From Magallana gigas (Eukaryota): a DNA stretch of 64,000 nucleotides. Below, piece after piece: positions 12,277-25,742 of the stretch (position 1 is the first letter of the stretch; the number at the start of each line of letters is the position of its first letter). Below the pieces are notes generated by a model. It worked only from the letters and a program-made list of their open reading frames with translations, did no database searches and was not told the origin of the DNA. The stretch is taken from NCBI RefSeq assembly GCF_963853765.1, contig NC_088858.1, forward strand, positions 5,766,001 through 5,830,000. The letters are read 5' to 3'. The position numbers and the translations under genes were made by a program.

Positions 12277-14649
12277 TCACGTGACATTTCGTGCTCTAGA
12301 GACTAATTTTTTTCTTCATACCTGAGATATTTATGTCATATGCTTGTACAATGTGATATTGCTCCGCATATTTTTATCGAAATATACATTTTAGCATGAT
12401 TGCACTTGTTATTTGCTACATATTAAGGCTTTGTATTTTTATATTTTCATCAATTGTCACTATTGAAATAATTTATTACACCTGCGTTTTTGTCATTTAT
12501 AGTTTAAATTTAAAAGAAGAATAACAGATGATTTACTACACAATATGTTTGAAAGTTGATTACGAGATTGAATTGGACTAGTCTATGCTTACAAAGTACC
12601 GGAGTCTTGAAACTGAGGATCATTTCAATTAATTCCAATTCAGTTTTTGAATCACCGAAATAACTGGTTTTGTATATTAACATTCCTTTAATTGAGAAGT
12701 TACAGTTAAATAATTTTAGGCACTGGAATACGGAACAGTCGTGATATTTTGGATTTATTCCAGTAGTGAATAGAGTTGATTCCTCACCATTTCCCTCCAT
12801 ATTCTAGTTAATAGTTTAACTTAAATTATTCCGAATAACTGACGTCTAAATCAATGGAGTCACGAGCTATTGTGTCTTCGTAATTAAAATCTAGTAGTAC
12901 AAAGCCAGGCTATATAGGGTTCACATAATGTCTGAGGCGTGATTTATTCTGCTGTAAAACATGTGACTTCTGTAGATATTCAATAAATCATTCAACTGGT
13001 TAAAATGAGTTTATCACTTTCTTGTGTCTTTAAAGAAGATTTGTAAATGAAAATTCGTGCTAATATTTACGCGATTTTAAAGACAACACTTTAAAAAAAG
13101 TTAACATATATGTATGTTAGTAGAAACTATGCGAGACGTTTCTGATAATATTTCTTTTAATATAGATTAATAGTCCTAAATTAAAACAATTTTTTAACAT
13201 AAATTAGATATTTACCGATATTGATATCAATTTTTTAAAATAAATCTTATGAATAACACGGTTAATTTTTGGAATATAAATCACAACTTTACAGGATTAG
13301 CATAAAACTGTAGGGTTTTTTTCGCCATACGGAACAAAAAGTTGCTGTTGAAAATTTCAAATTTGAGAAAAGCAAAATAAAATATATACGCCACACTATC
13401 AATTAACAGAAGCTGGTGTTGATAGCATAGTATTTTGAAATGTTAGTACAGTCTATGAAATACATCAAAATAGTATATTAAAATACTAAAACTGGTATAT
13501 ATTATTTTAACTAGTTATGTTTATTTCATTTTAGTTCTGTGATAGTATCAGTGAGAGAAAAAATCCTTCAAACTTCTAGGCTCGACAGATATCTCAGATA
13601 ATTTTTTAAAAGGAAAAGCAACAAGAAAACATTATTCTGTTACATGATATAAAAAAAATGAGTAAACATATTTTAACATTGGTTGTATGTAATTACAGAA
13701 CTTATAAATAAGAATTAATTTAGTTTTTATCTATTAACAAACCGTTAATTACAGATTTAGATGTCAATATTGAAAAAAAAGTATTACTGGTCAACTGTTT
13801 TCCACTTAATGCTTGATAATTTACAGCTGCTTAACTTTCGATGGTTAGTTTATAAGTATTTGAAAATATATATGTTCACAGTATATATTAATAGTTGCAT
13901 ACTTTTATCTCCAAAATGTGATCAGTACGGCATTGTTCTAATTACTGAAACTAAAAAAGAATCTAACTTTCGCGTCACGTGTACAGAAAATCTCCGCCAC
14001 GGGCGGTTGTTGAACAAACAGACTCATTACAGAAATATTACATCCATTCCTGTACGTTACCAAAACCCATCCCACGACCATTAGGGTTTCCAACTGATGG
14101 AGTTTGGAAAAAACTCTGCATTATTAAGGGGGATTGTTTCGCTGTCAACTCTGGCCCAGCGCGATAAGCCCCGATAAAGCTCCAGCGACACGAGTACATG
14201 TATATAGACCGCCGCCCAGTACAAAATATCACGAGGTTCAGGGACTCACAAAGAGTGCAAAAATTAAAAATTATTCAAATGTATAGCATTAGGTATAACT
14301 TTTGTACGACTATCTTATTTTTTCTCTGATTTAAAAATATTTCTATTAAATTGTCCATTATTTTAGAGCAAATTAAAAAAAAATCATATGAATTTGGCAA
14401 TTTTGATAAAAATGTTTTAAAAGTAAAAAAATATATATATACATTTATAAATAAATAATTCTTTGTCAGAGTTTTAACCCAAACGATAGCTACAGACTTA
14501 CATAAAATGTTCTATTGTAAGATATCTGTGAAAAATTCATAGGTTTTACCTTTGATAAAAAATAAATAATATGACAAAGTGAAGCAGCTATACCTGTACA
14601 AGAACCTAAATACATATAGGATTTCTTGTGATTTCTGTGTGATAGTCAG

Positions 14650-14652
<3 letters not shown>

Positions 14653-14736
<84 letters not shown>
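14653..14736. repeat. (TA)n microsatellite
   Basis: About 42 TA units. Confidence 0.98.
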
Positions 14737-14740
<4 letters not shown>

Positions 14741-15812
14741 CAAGTTTGGAGTTTTATATGAAAATACGTGTTGTATAAAATTTATTTATCATTACAATTC
14801 ATAAGACATTCTTTTTATAATATACAGTGTTCTATATTATTCTCTCATTCAATTCACTCGGTTGGTATTCTCCAACGTCCAAACTTTTCCATGCATATCG
14901 ATGTTCTAAATACTGAGAGTATTTTTATCATTTCGTTGACTTCCGGTGTTGTGATAAATAAACTGGTTCTGACAGTGTTTGATGTTTATCAAGAGATGGA
15001 CACTATATGTTTGCAGACAAAAAGTTGACGGTTTTAATAAGAAATACAGCCACAAGGCGTGGCTTAAAAATATCAATGTATACGCTTTCAGGATTACAAG
15101 TATAAATATTCGACTACAATCATTATTCAATAACACTTCAAATAAAGATTCTATTCAGTTTTTACATACATACTGTACTGACAGTAACAAGTCTAATTCC
15201 TACCCCCCTTTTTCGGAGAATGGATCTTGCCACAAGATAGATAACTCTAGCATTGCACAAAGACCAACATATTATGCAATGATATCTTAAAGGTTCAGAT
15301 ATGTAAACCATTGATACCTGATTTAGAAAACATCTAAACTAGTATAATTATTATTTAGAATATCATTTTAATATGGATTAAAAGAAATAATTAAAACACG
15401 TGTGCATGTGTGGGATTTTTTATTTATTTGTCTCTAACAGCATAGAATGTTTATGCATGAGTGTTCCTCCGATAAGGATAAACTGTGTTACAGACGTACA
15501 GGCCTGCCCACGTGAGGACTTAAGAATGAACATTTTTTGTGAAGTGTTTGAAATCTTTAAGGATTTTTGGCGTCCAGTATAGGAATTGTGTATTTCTTTT
15601 TCCGTTTCATTGTTGTTAATTATACAGAAAAATAACTGGCGCTGTTGAACTAATTCATAGTAAAATTGTTAATTAATTCATATGCATTGATTCATTTCTG
15701 TCATTTAAAAAGATTGGTAAATCCGATCAACATACATATATATGTAAATTATCTTTAATAACACTAAAATACGATGTATATTTTGAATGAATGCATTTTT
15801 ATATCATTTTTT

Positions 15813-16440
15813 GGGAGTTGATTTTAATCAACTCTCCTATGCAGTTACTCTGGCAAACTGAAAGTGAAACAGTGGTTAAACCTAAGCACAAATCAACACC
15901 GCTGACAAGACTAAGTTCTTGAAAATAATAGAAAACAATCGATGTAATGCATGCTGAAGTATTGTTTTTCAAGGAAACTTATCTATAAACACTTTGAAAA
16001 TAGTCAAATTTTATATACTACGAACAATTTAGACATTTTTGAAGTCTCATGTATTCCTACGCCGGAGTTAATATAGTCTCGTTAATCTGCTACAAGCAGA
16101 GATGGGGCTCTCTTGCTTGCCGCATATTAACGGAGACAATCGAGCGTCTAGTTAAACGAGACTAGAGTTCGATATCAATAGTGCTTGGATCCATACAATT
16201 TTTAGAATTGTTTCGATAACTAATACATACTAGTAGTTTAAATCTATCTTTAAAAATTACACAACATGATTCATATGGGGTTTCTCGAAATTCTTGTCAG
16301 AAAAGTCTAAAAATTCATATTATAAAAAAGTGCGTAATTCAAATACAAACTAGAAACTAATTGCCATGCAAGATAAATTGATTTTAAAATAAATGATAAT
16401 CGGTAAAATCAACTCCCGTCAGTACTAAAGTACTTTGATT
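15813..16440 (+). mobile_element. Non-autonomous DNA element (Helentron/HINE-like or MITE), copy A
   Basis: 14-bp subterminal inverted repeats GGGAGTTGATTTTA (15813) / TAAAATCAACTCCC (16404-16417), 3' mini stem-loop AGTACTAAAGTACT, T-rich flank; ~570 bp align to the reverse complement of 20729-21311. Confidence 0.75.
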
Positions 16441-18530
16441 TGACAATGGGATTATACAGTATGCCTTGTAATTTACACCGTTATTACATCGGATGGGCGT
16501 GGTGAAATATACTTCTTGAAGTAGAATGGTTACATGCGGCAGCCATGTACCCTGAGCTTCAGTAGATTTATTATCCGTCGATAAATAACAAATAAGTCAT
16601 AAAAGTTGATCTTTCATCTTTGATTTTAAAGGATAAATTTTAACACATGTTGTATATAATTTGTATATATGACAAAGTTTATCGTCATTTTGTTATTAAA
16701 TGACCAATTTAGATTCATCAAATATGTATTTTACTTCATTATTTTAAAATCAAAGTATGCAGAAACATTCAGAGTGAAAAGTTGACACAAAAGTCAATAC
16801 CTATAATTCGCCCTTCGAGGAGTGGTCTGGGGGCGACACTGTACATACTTGTAGTGCCCCCCGCCGGTGAAGTGTGACGGCTGGAGTGTATATATTACTC
16901 CTCCATGGTATTCAGTAATGATTTTCAATTAAATCGTACACGGTGAATGAGCCCTACAATAAACAAATTACTCCCATTACAGAAATAGCTATATTTCAAT
17001 TTAAATTGAATGGGCAGGAATTAGAGAGCTTTAATAGAGGCGATGAATTTAAATAGGTAGATTCAGGTGTATATTTTATCTTTTCCCCAATCTGACTCCA
17101 ACGACTGTCATTCACGTCAGGATTCATGTTGTACTTTTGACTAAAAAAGGAGCGCTTTCTCATTCACTGGTGGATGTAAACAGTGCAGAATTATGCATGC
17201 ACGGCGGTAAATTCAGCGTGATCAAGGATTTAACCCGAGAAAAAGGTGGCTGGCATGTTCATCAAATATGATTACAGTCGTCTGCTCCGATCAATAATTG
17301 TGTAGTCTGCGCTCAGAAGCAGTTATTGGTCCTCAAACGTCGGGGTCTTAATGTCAATTGTTGTTTGTATTCAAAAGATACTTCTGTGTTCTGTTTTGAG
17401 AGAAAGAATGGCTGTTTCCTGTCTACACAGAAACTAAAGGTAAGACTGAATGTGCATTGGATATTGTAAAACGACTTCGCATACTTCAAGGTCGTAATTG
17501 TCGATTTCTACTTTTTTATAGCTATTTTTTTTTTCAATAAGACCCCAAGATTCTAGTTGCATACGTACATCGGGGATTTCCCGGGGAGGTAAGAATGGGG
17601 ATGATTCAATGAAGTTATTGATAAGAAATTTTCACAAACGATCGCGCAGTGTAAGGTTATCAATGTTAAGGAAATGTTTGTGCAACATATGCTAAACCTT
17701 TGTTCTGGTCGACAGGTATTTATCCTACCTGAGAACATTAAATCATCTCATACTTGGTTTTCCAAAATGCACATAGGGAAATAAAACTTTAAAAAAATAT
17801 AACGAAAGGCTGTATTTCTATGCTGTCTTCATTGGGGTCTGACAGAGCTCTAAAAAAATGCGAATGACATAATCTTGACAGGTGCGCGATCTACGACGTA
17901 TCCTTGCTCAATTCCTGCCTAGCTGCTCTCTTCTTCCACAGTTTTACCTGCAATTATTAAAATCCCACAGAATCAAAGCAACTCTTCGAAACTCAGATGT
18001 CAGGGTATTGAAAAACTCATCAAATTTCAGCTATGTAATATCAATGTCTTGAAAGACTAAGTGACATTGTGTCTGAGAATCTTGAAGCATGCGTGTTAAA
18101 ATTCAGATTATTGCACAACTAAAGTATGTGCATTCCTCCTTGTTGAGATCAAATATAATACTCAAATTGGCCTGCAAAACGTTTCCCAAGGAGACATCTG
18201 AAATCACGAATTTTGTGTCTTTTGCATATGGCCGCTGTTCAGATAGACTAGCAAAGAAAACTCTTATAAAAAAAGGTTTGTATAGCAGTGACTTCTAGTA
18301 TATAATTTATCATTCTTTCCTCGAGATATTTATCTTTGATAAGTATCATATTGCATACTTAAAAAACTCGGAGGGTATTTATTTGTCATGAATATTTTGT
18401 TAATCTAGAAAATGACAAACTAACACCTTGCATGTCTCTAATTACAGATTAGCACAGGTTTGAATACATTAACAGAGAACAGACACAATGAGGATTTGAA
18501 CCACTATTTCAGGCAGGTGCTTGTTCCGTG

Positions 18531-19738
18531 ATGGAGCTGTATAACTCGGACAGCTTCAGAAACCGGGACCTTCTGGAAGTGGTCATTCAAAAGAAGGAGG
18601 ACAGTAAGACCATTAAAACCAATGACCATGATGAAAAACAGAAGGAACAAATTGTGCACATGCGTAGAACACCGGAAATGGTCAGCAGACCATCAAGTCG
18701 AATGTCATCGAAACAAACGTCCATTCAAACTGAACAAACCCCAAAGGAGAATCCCGCTATAGCTAAACTCAGTAAAGAGGCCATAGCCAAAAACAACGTC
18801 ACCCAGACCATTCACAGCCTGGCCATTCTGTGTCTAGCGGCTTCTGTAATTCTTGTGTTGGATATATATGTGTTTCTTATGGGAACTGGAGATGTTCCTG
18901 AGGGAGGATTTCGGAACGGCAGTTTGCTGTCGTCAGTGAAGCAGTATGAGGACGTGACGGAGGTGTTCACCGCTTTCTCCACGCTGGTGATGATTCTCTC
19001 CTCAAACTGTGTCCTAGTGTGCTCTATGCAATGTTTTATAGCTTCAAAAGTCAGTAAAACCATCGATGGCCCTGAGAGGTTGGTATCCTTTTTTTTTTTA
19101 CGTACGACTCCTGTTCGAGTCTAAATGTTAACTAGTTTTATGAGGCTACTGTTCAGAATCGAAGTTTCAAAGACTTGCAGTAAAGTTTACACTGCAGGAC
19201 AATATTGCTATGTAAGATTATGTTCGAAAGTTTCAAGGCTTATTAATACAGTAAACGTATTGGCTCTGAAGTACATTGGAGAATGATTATAAAGTTTCAA
19301 CTGTTTAATTTTACTTTCCAGGGCAATGAAGTACTTTCGAGAATGCTCCAGCAGCAGATTAATAGCTGTGGTTGGATTTTTCATATCCTTTCCAGTTTTC
19401 CTTATCAGTAAGAAATTAAACCATATCCCCTATATAAATGTCACGTCTTTTTTTGTAAACTTAGACTATGTGATTACCTTTATCCATCTAATGCTGTATT
19501 TGATCTCATTGTATCTTTTTCAGCTCTAATGCTGTGTGTAGTATTACGTTTAAAAAGGACACCTGCTCTGACTGCTGTCGTGGTGCTTATCATTGGGACA
19601 ATCCTAGGATTACTGTGCATGGTGCAAAACATTTATCACTGGTATGACGAAATGTCGTCTGCTTCACGAGGACTTCCGGCGTACAAAGATAGTAACAAAG
19701 ACGATGACGTCAGCAGGGATCTCAACACGTTAGTGTAG
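18531..19738 (+). CDS. TMEM221: TMEM221/Jiraiya-like four-TM protein (3 coding exons: ~18531-19078, ~19322-19407, ~19525-19738)
   Basis: Spliced product has four hydrophobic helices, the pattern 'CSMQCFIASKV...GPERAMKYFRECSSSRLIAVVGFFISFPVFL', and a C-terminal NTLV resembling the STLV end I recall for TMEM221. Family call is from remembered similarity. Confidence 0.7.
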
Positions 19739-20728
19739 CGTCACAGACGACCTCCCCTGCCGGCCGGGCGAGGGTCCTACTCACGTGCATGTCAAGACGT
19801 GTGCAGTACATGCCAGTGTGTCATTTTTATGCCGGTGCAAACAAAATTTTCATTATGCATATTTTGTGTTAAAGGATGTGTTTAAATGTGTGTGATAGAC
19901 GATGTGATTGCCAATCTTAGGACCACTGTGAACAATGTTTTAGCAATGTCGATACGTACAGTTTTATGATCTTATAATTTAAAGCATTTGTAACGAGAAT
20001 CCTTAAATAAACATGCAAATATTTTCCAGATTAAAGCCCTTTAAAACCCGCTTATTATGAAAAATACTCTTTAAAGGTATGGTTCTCGCAAGCTCCATTT
20101 TAGCTGCATTTAAAGCAATTAACAATGCATATCGTGTCATATTTCTTGAATAATATTCAAGCATAACATGATTTAGAAAAGTTAAATCGAATTCATCTCT
20201 GTTTGCTTTGGTCGATGAATGAATTATAAAGAGAAGGGCGACACAATGTTAAAGTTAATGTCATTACCATTTAGGAGATATTTTTTAAAATATTCCAATA
20301 TTAAACATGTAATCTGTTTACACTTCAGTTTTTTTATAAGATATTTAGACAACTCGTAAAAACAATAAAATGATTATTTCCTCAATGAACATGTATGTAT
20401 CACCTTAAAGGCAATGTTCTTCTACATATTAGCTGTATTCATTTGCTTACAATGAATACCTATCCTATATGAAGCCTATCTCGTTTCTTTAAAATGATAA
20501 ATTTGATACTTCTCCATTGTTGCTTTGTTAATGTAAAGATGTACAGCAGGATGATGAATTGACTTAATTGAAGTAATTAACATTCAAGGTCTATTCTTCA
20601 TCTTTTCCCATTTACACGAACATGCTGAAGCCAGCTGGTCTTAAGGCGTTGGTTCCCAGCTCGTTTTTTTTTTTTATAAAAGGAGAAATGGGATACATGT
20701 ACGTTTTCTTCTCAATGAATGCTACCTT

Positions 20729-21311
20729 AATCAAAGTACTAAGGGCAGTTGATTTTATTGATTATCATTTATTCTAAAATCAACTTATCTTGCATAGCAA
20801 TTAGTTTCTAGTCTGTATTTGAATTACGCACTGTTTTATTTTATGGATTTGTAGACTTCCGACAAGAATTTCGAGAATGATCATGTTGTGTAATATTTAA
20901 AGATTTTAAACTATGTATGTATGTAAACTATGTATTACTAATCGAAACAATTCTAAAAATCGTATGGATCCAAGCACTATTGATATCGAACTCTAGTCTC
21001 GTTCAACCAGACGCTCAGCTGTCTCCGTTAATCTCCGACAAGCAAGAGAGCATCTCTGCTTGTCGGAAATTTACGGAGACAGCCGAGTGTCTGGTTGAAC
21101 GAGACTTTATTACACTCTGGCGTAGGAACACATAAGATTACAAAAATACCCAAATTGTTCGTATTATATAAAATCTGACTATTTTCAAAGTGTTTATAGA
21201 TAAGTTTCCTTGAAAAACAATGCTTCAGCATACGTTACATCGAATTTTTCTATTATTTTCAAGAACTAAGTCTTGTCAGCGGCGATGATTTGTGCTTAGG
21301 TCCAAACACTG
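20729..21311 (-). mobile_element. Inverted second copy (B) of the element at 15813-16440, 5'-truncated
   Basis: Reverse complement matches copy A (e.g. GTGCGTAATTCAAATACA.ACTAGAAACTAATTGC, CCTAAGCACAAATCA...GCTGACAAGACT). Confidence 0.8.
20995..21106. repeat. 112-bp near-perfect hairpin nested in element copy B
   Basis: AGTCTCGTTCAACCAGAC...GTCTGGTTGAACGAGACT arms, continuing inward as GACAAGCA/TGCTTGTC. Confidence 0.85.
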
Positions 21312-21493
21312 TATTGAATATATGTCGTCATACAGTAAGGAAATGTACATCACACGATATCACAAAGACACATAATACATGTACAAATAAAATAATTTGT
21401 TTTATAAAATCAAAACTTTCAAATCAAATGGTATGACTAACTTATTTTTTAAAGTCTAACAAAGTCAGAGATCAAAGATAAATGACGAATATT

Positions 21494-23880
21494 TCAATCT
21501 TTTTGCTTAATCGTCTTCTGCAAATTATGAAAGCGTAATATCATAAATACAACAACGATAACAGAAAATATCACCACAACCAGGGACCCGAAAACAATGC
21601 CGATCACCATCCTGGCATCCATGCACGTGTTCGAATCTAAAAAAAATAAATCCTACAAGTAGTTGAACTAACATTGCTTTTACAAACATTTTTGTATGGA
21701 AACATATTGACAAATTAGTCATACCTTTGTTACTTTTTTCCACGCTTGAGGACGTAGCCTGGGGTGAACTTGATTCTGTTGTCTGGGTAACGGTCGTTGT
21801 TGTATAGGTCGCATTCGATTTGTACTTCAGAAGAAATCCCCTTCGATTGATGCTGCTATCACTGACAAAAAACACCACAACGGATGACCCGGAAGAAGTA
21901 AATGTAAATGGCGTGACCTTTGGGTAATGAGAGCACACGGTCCTTACCACGTTGTTTTCACAGCGGTCATTACCTTCAAGCGAAAAAACAACATAAATAA
22001 GTACTCTATCTCGATGAATAAAAAATGAGAAATGATTACCACAGTATAAAAAACAAGGCCAACTGATTGTCACTTACCGTCGTTAATGGTGTACTTGTCA
22101 TAGTCACACCGACTGGGAAGGTCGTCTTCAATATCAGAAAACACGATGTCAAGGTCAACATTTCCAACGACGCTTGTAATCAGCCATCGGCATGTTTTGG
22201 CACTGTGAACGATGAAAAGAAATAAAATTCATTGCTATCAGAGTAAATTTTTATCATTTTTGCATAACAAATAAAATGAAAATGTATTGTGACATCTTAC
22301 TTTGTGTAGAGGCCTGGAAAGTTCGGACTTGAAAGAAGATTGGAGTTGTCTCCCGCAATCAACGTCTGTGATCCTGTACAACCTGTTCCTGCTGTCCATG
22401 TAATGAAATTTATTTATAAAACAAATATCATCGATACTGAGACAAGGAGTCTGTTTGTGGGCGGTCTTGGTAAATGACCATTAAAACCTTTCAAAGACTT
22501 TTGTATTTTATGACAGCGACCCCTAACTTTGAGCTTGCTCTTAATTTTAAAAAAAATCATATTTATATTGTACTGTTTTAATGAAATGACTAAGCTTAAA
22601 ATTGCATGCATGCAAAATAAACCCCTAAAATTCTCCTTTTGTTGATCCTAAGAAGCATAAAATCACAACTAATTCTTTAAAATTTATCAGAATAATCACC
22701 ATTTGAAAAACTTAAAGCAATTATTAGCATGTATAAGTATAGAGCGATTCATATTTCTACAAGTGTTTAGTTAACATCTTTTTCATCTATATATATGAAG
22801 TCTAAATTAGAATTGTAATAGACCTACAGTAGTCCTTGGCCGCCAGGAACTCCAGCTTGATCCCCGCCCTACTGACACTGGCGTCCGTCACCAGACGGAT
22901 GTAGGCGTGGCGCTGGGTGGTGGAGTAGTGAGTGGGCGTGGCTGATGTACCGCACAGGTCGCTGACGAGGGGCGTGGCTGTGGAACTGTCTCCTACAGTG
23001 ATTTATTTTGTTTTAAAACTTGAATGATCACCTCAAAGACAACTTATTGAACAATATAGCTCATGAGTTGTGAATATCAATACAGAACTTATCTACACAT
23101 ATCTGTTAATTCAAAAGTTAAATATCCAACTGAAAGAAATTTGAACTTTCTTAATTTGTAGGTATCGTTATTTTTATTTTATTTATTATTATTATTATTA
23201 CTATTTATTTATTTATTTATTTTTTATTTCTGGAACTTTTAAAAACTAAAATATGCACAGTTTTCATGATTTGAAAGGAATTACTGTTCGTTTAATTTTT
23301 AGATTAGGCATCTTTAGTACCTTGAATATGGCTTACCGTCATAAATGGAAATTTTATCCCCGGGGCACGCAAGGTCTCGAGTCAGAAATAACAAAAGCTT
23401 GAGATCATCCCCTCCCGAGTCGATCCGCCACCAACAATCCATGTTACTAAAATTAGAAATTAATGAAAATTATACAAACAGTTGCTTATATATCTTTGCT
23501 GTGATATAAAAAAAAAACCAATTATTTCTACCCACTTAATGTATGATCCGCTCCCTTCGTGGTACCCCGTGGAAGTGAGGAAACGCCAGCTGGAGTCTGC
23601 TTGGATTTCATGAGCAGTGACGTCACAAGTGGAGGAAACGTATTCTAATATATAAATAAGACCAAAATTTGAAAAGAGAAAATAAATAAAACGTTATCTG
23701 ATATATTTTTAAAATCAATAGCACAAGAAACGTGTAACTTACTTATTAGCATATGAAAAAACATCAGGATCCATGCCATTGTTTTTCTTTTAAGTACCTT
23801 GCAAAAATAATATTTCACAATTCTTTGTTTTTGTTTAGACCAAAACAAAAATTAAACAAAACGAAAAACGAAAGTACCAT
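21494..23880 (-). CDS. Type I membrane protein: signal peptide, two CUB domains, Ser/Thr stalk, TM helix, short tail (8 coding exons)
   Basis: Exons spliced by hand: MVLSFFVLFNFCF / YVSSTCDV...LTSTGYHEGSGSYINNMDCWWRI... / LCG...IRLVTDASVSRAGIKLEF / GCTGSQ..LSSPNFPGLYTNAKTCRWLI..CDYDKYTINDG / VFFVSDSSINRRGFLLKY / TTTTVTQTTESSS / MVIGIVFGSLVVVIFSVIVVVFMIL RFHNLQKTIKQKD*. The first-exon donor (GTCTAA) is weak. Confidence 0.85.
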
Positions 23881-25144
23881 TTGTGTAATACCTGAAAAAT
23901 GATGCCTTCCAAATCCAGTAAATGTACTCTGCTTAGTGAAGACTACGTCGATATTTTTCATTACCCGTATTTTATAGTAATAAAAAATTATTTGAATTCC
24001 AATGATATAGCAACAATTTCTGATCAAAACGCACATCTGGAATTAATTCAATTCATTCTTTAATTATTCCCCTATAAAGCTGTTTAACGGTCCTTTAGAT
24101 GAGGCCAATAACCTTCAGCATATTGCAGTACATTTGTATAGTGTGGATCTTTAATGAAGTAAGGAACGGGGACTTTGTGTAAGAGAAAGAAAACAGACAT
24201 TCAGAAACGTGATTAAAAAGATGCAATAAATGCTACTTGTAATTTTTGATTTGATTACTTCGTGCTTTCTATTCAGAGATTAAAAGGTAAATCTAAATTA
24301 GATTTGTTCTTACCTTGCATTACCTGGTTGTGTACACGTGATATCAGATGTGGCGATTTTTGGATGTCCTCATCCTAAAAAACCCAAAGTATCGCGTTAA
24401 TAATCATAAGACATAATGCCGCAGCGACTATCTACATCGTGCAATTGTTTCATTATCTTTTTACATGTCTTTTAAATTTTGTTGAACCCAGTGTCCTGGT
24501 CCCATAGAATCTTACTACAAAAGTTTGTTTCGTCAGTAGTGTGTTTTGTGAAAGAAAAAAAGATCTTATTTTTTTGTCTAACTTCAAAATTATGAATGAA
24601 TGTAAAAAACCGTTTGAAGACTTGAAGAGATGTAACTATAACGGCCGTGTACTTTTAAATAGTCTGTTAGATACAGAATTTCTAACATTTGTAAATGAGA
24701 TTGTTCTTGTATTTGGTACCTTTATTTCTATGTATAATGAAGTGAAATAAGAATCGCTCGGCTGATTACTATCCAGAAGATAGTGGCCTTAATCACAAAG
24801 TAAACAGAAGAAACAAATTAAACTGATAAACGCTGTTTTCGCCCAGGAACAGCAGTAAGGACCCAGATATTTCGACCTTAGGAGTTTTGACTCAATATCG
24901 AGTAGTAACATTTAAATTATTCCTCTTTTCATTAAACTTAAAGTGGTCTCAGATAGGCTGTGTAACTTGTTCTATGCAGCATGCATTAAGATCTGTGAAT
25001 GACTGTCAGCTTTATATTTTAGAGTCCTTGGTATATGTCCTTACCCAAGTCTGTACATACGAGTATATCTTGGATCAGCATTTGAAAAAAACAAATACGT
25101 GTACAGACATTATTCCAGCGAGCTATATAGGACATGTATATGTA

Positions 25145-25571
25145 TGGAACGCCGGGACTGTATTATATGAGGATTTAACATTATACGCAGTGTTCTCCTC
25201 ATTATATTTGGTAGTACATTCAGTATACAGTATATTCATTATTATATATATATTACATATAATAATGAATATACTGTATGTAATGTGAGAAGTACATAAT
25301 ATAATGTTGTGTTCACCGCATATAATGTTAAAACAACCGCATATAATGTTAGAAGCACATCTTATAATGTTGGGAGCCCCTCATATAATGATAATTGTAC
25401 ATAATATAGTGAAATAACTACATCATATAATGAAAGAAGTACTATATATAAATGAAAATGCACACGATATAATGTAAAAAAGACCTCATATAATGAATAT
25501 ACTACCAAATATAATGAGGAGAACACTGCGTATAATGTTAAATCCCCATATAAGACAGTCCCGGCGTTCCA
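25145..25571. mobile_element. MITE with ~77-bp TIRs, TA-flanked (Tc1/mariner-like)
   Basis: TGGAACGCCGGGACTG... / ...CAGTCCCGGCGTTCCA with 3 mismatches over 77 bp; TA on both sides; interior of short TATAAT-rich repeats. Confidence 0.8.
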
Positions 25572-25742
25572 TATATATATGCATACTTATTTAGAACTGA
25601 CTTTTGACGAGATGATAATTTTCACAAAAATGAAAACGGTTGATTTTTCAGTAATTTTTTGTTGTTTCGTTAAACTGGTATCTCATTTTATTTTTAAAAG
25701 TATGTTGTCACTTAGAAACGTTTTTAACATTATAGGAACATT

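Noticed and set aside
14579-14761. ORF with YIYIYI run
   Set aside because: Translation of the (TA)n microsatellite.
14768-15290. Cluster of overlapping 76-103 aa ORFs
   Set aside because: AT-rich, no splice-consistent model, no domain-like motifs.
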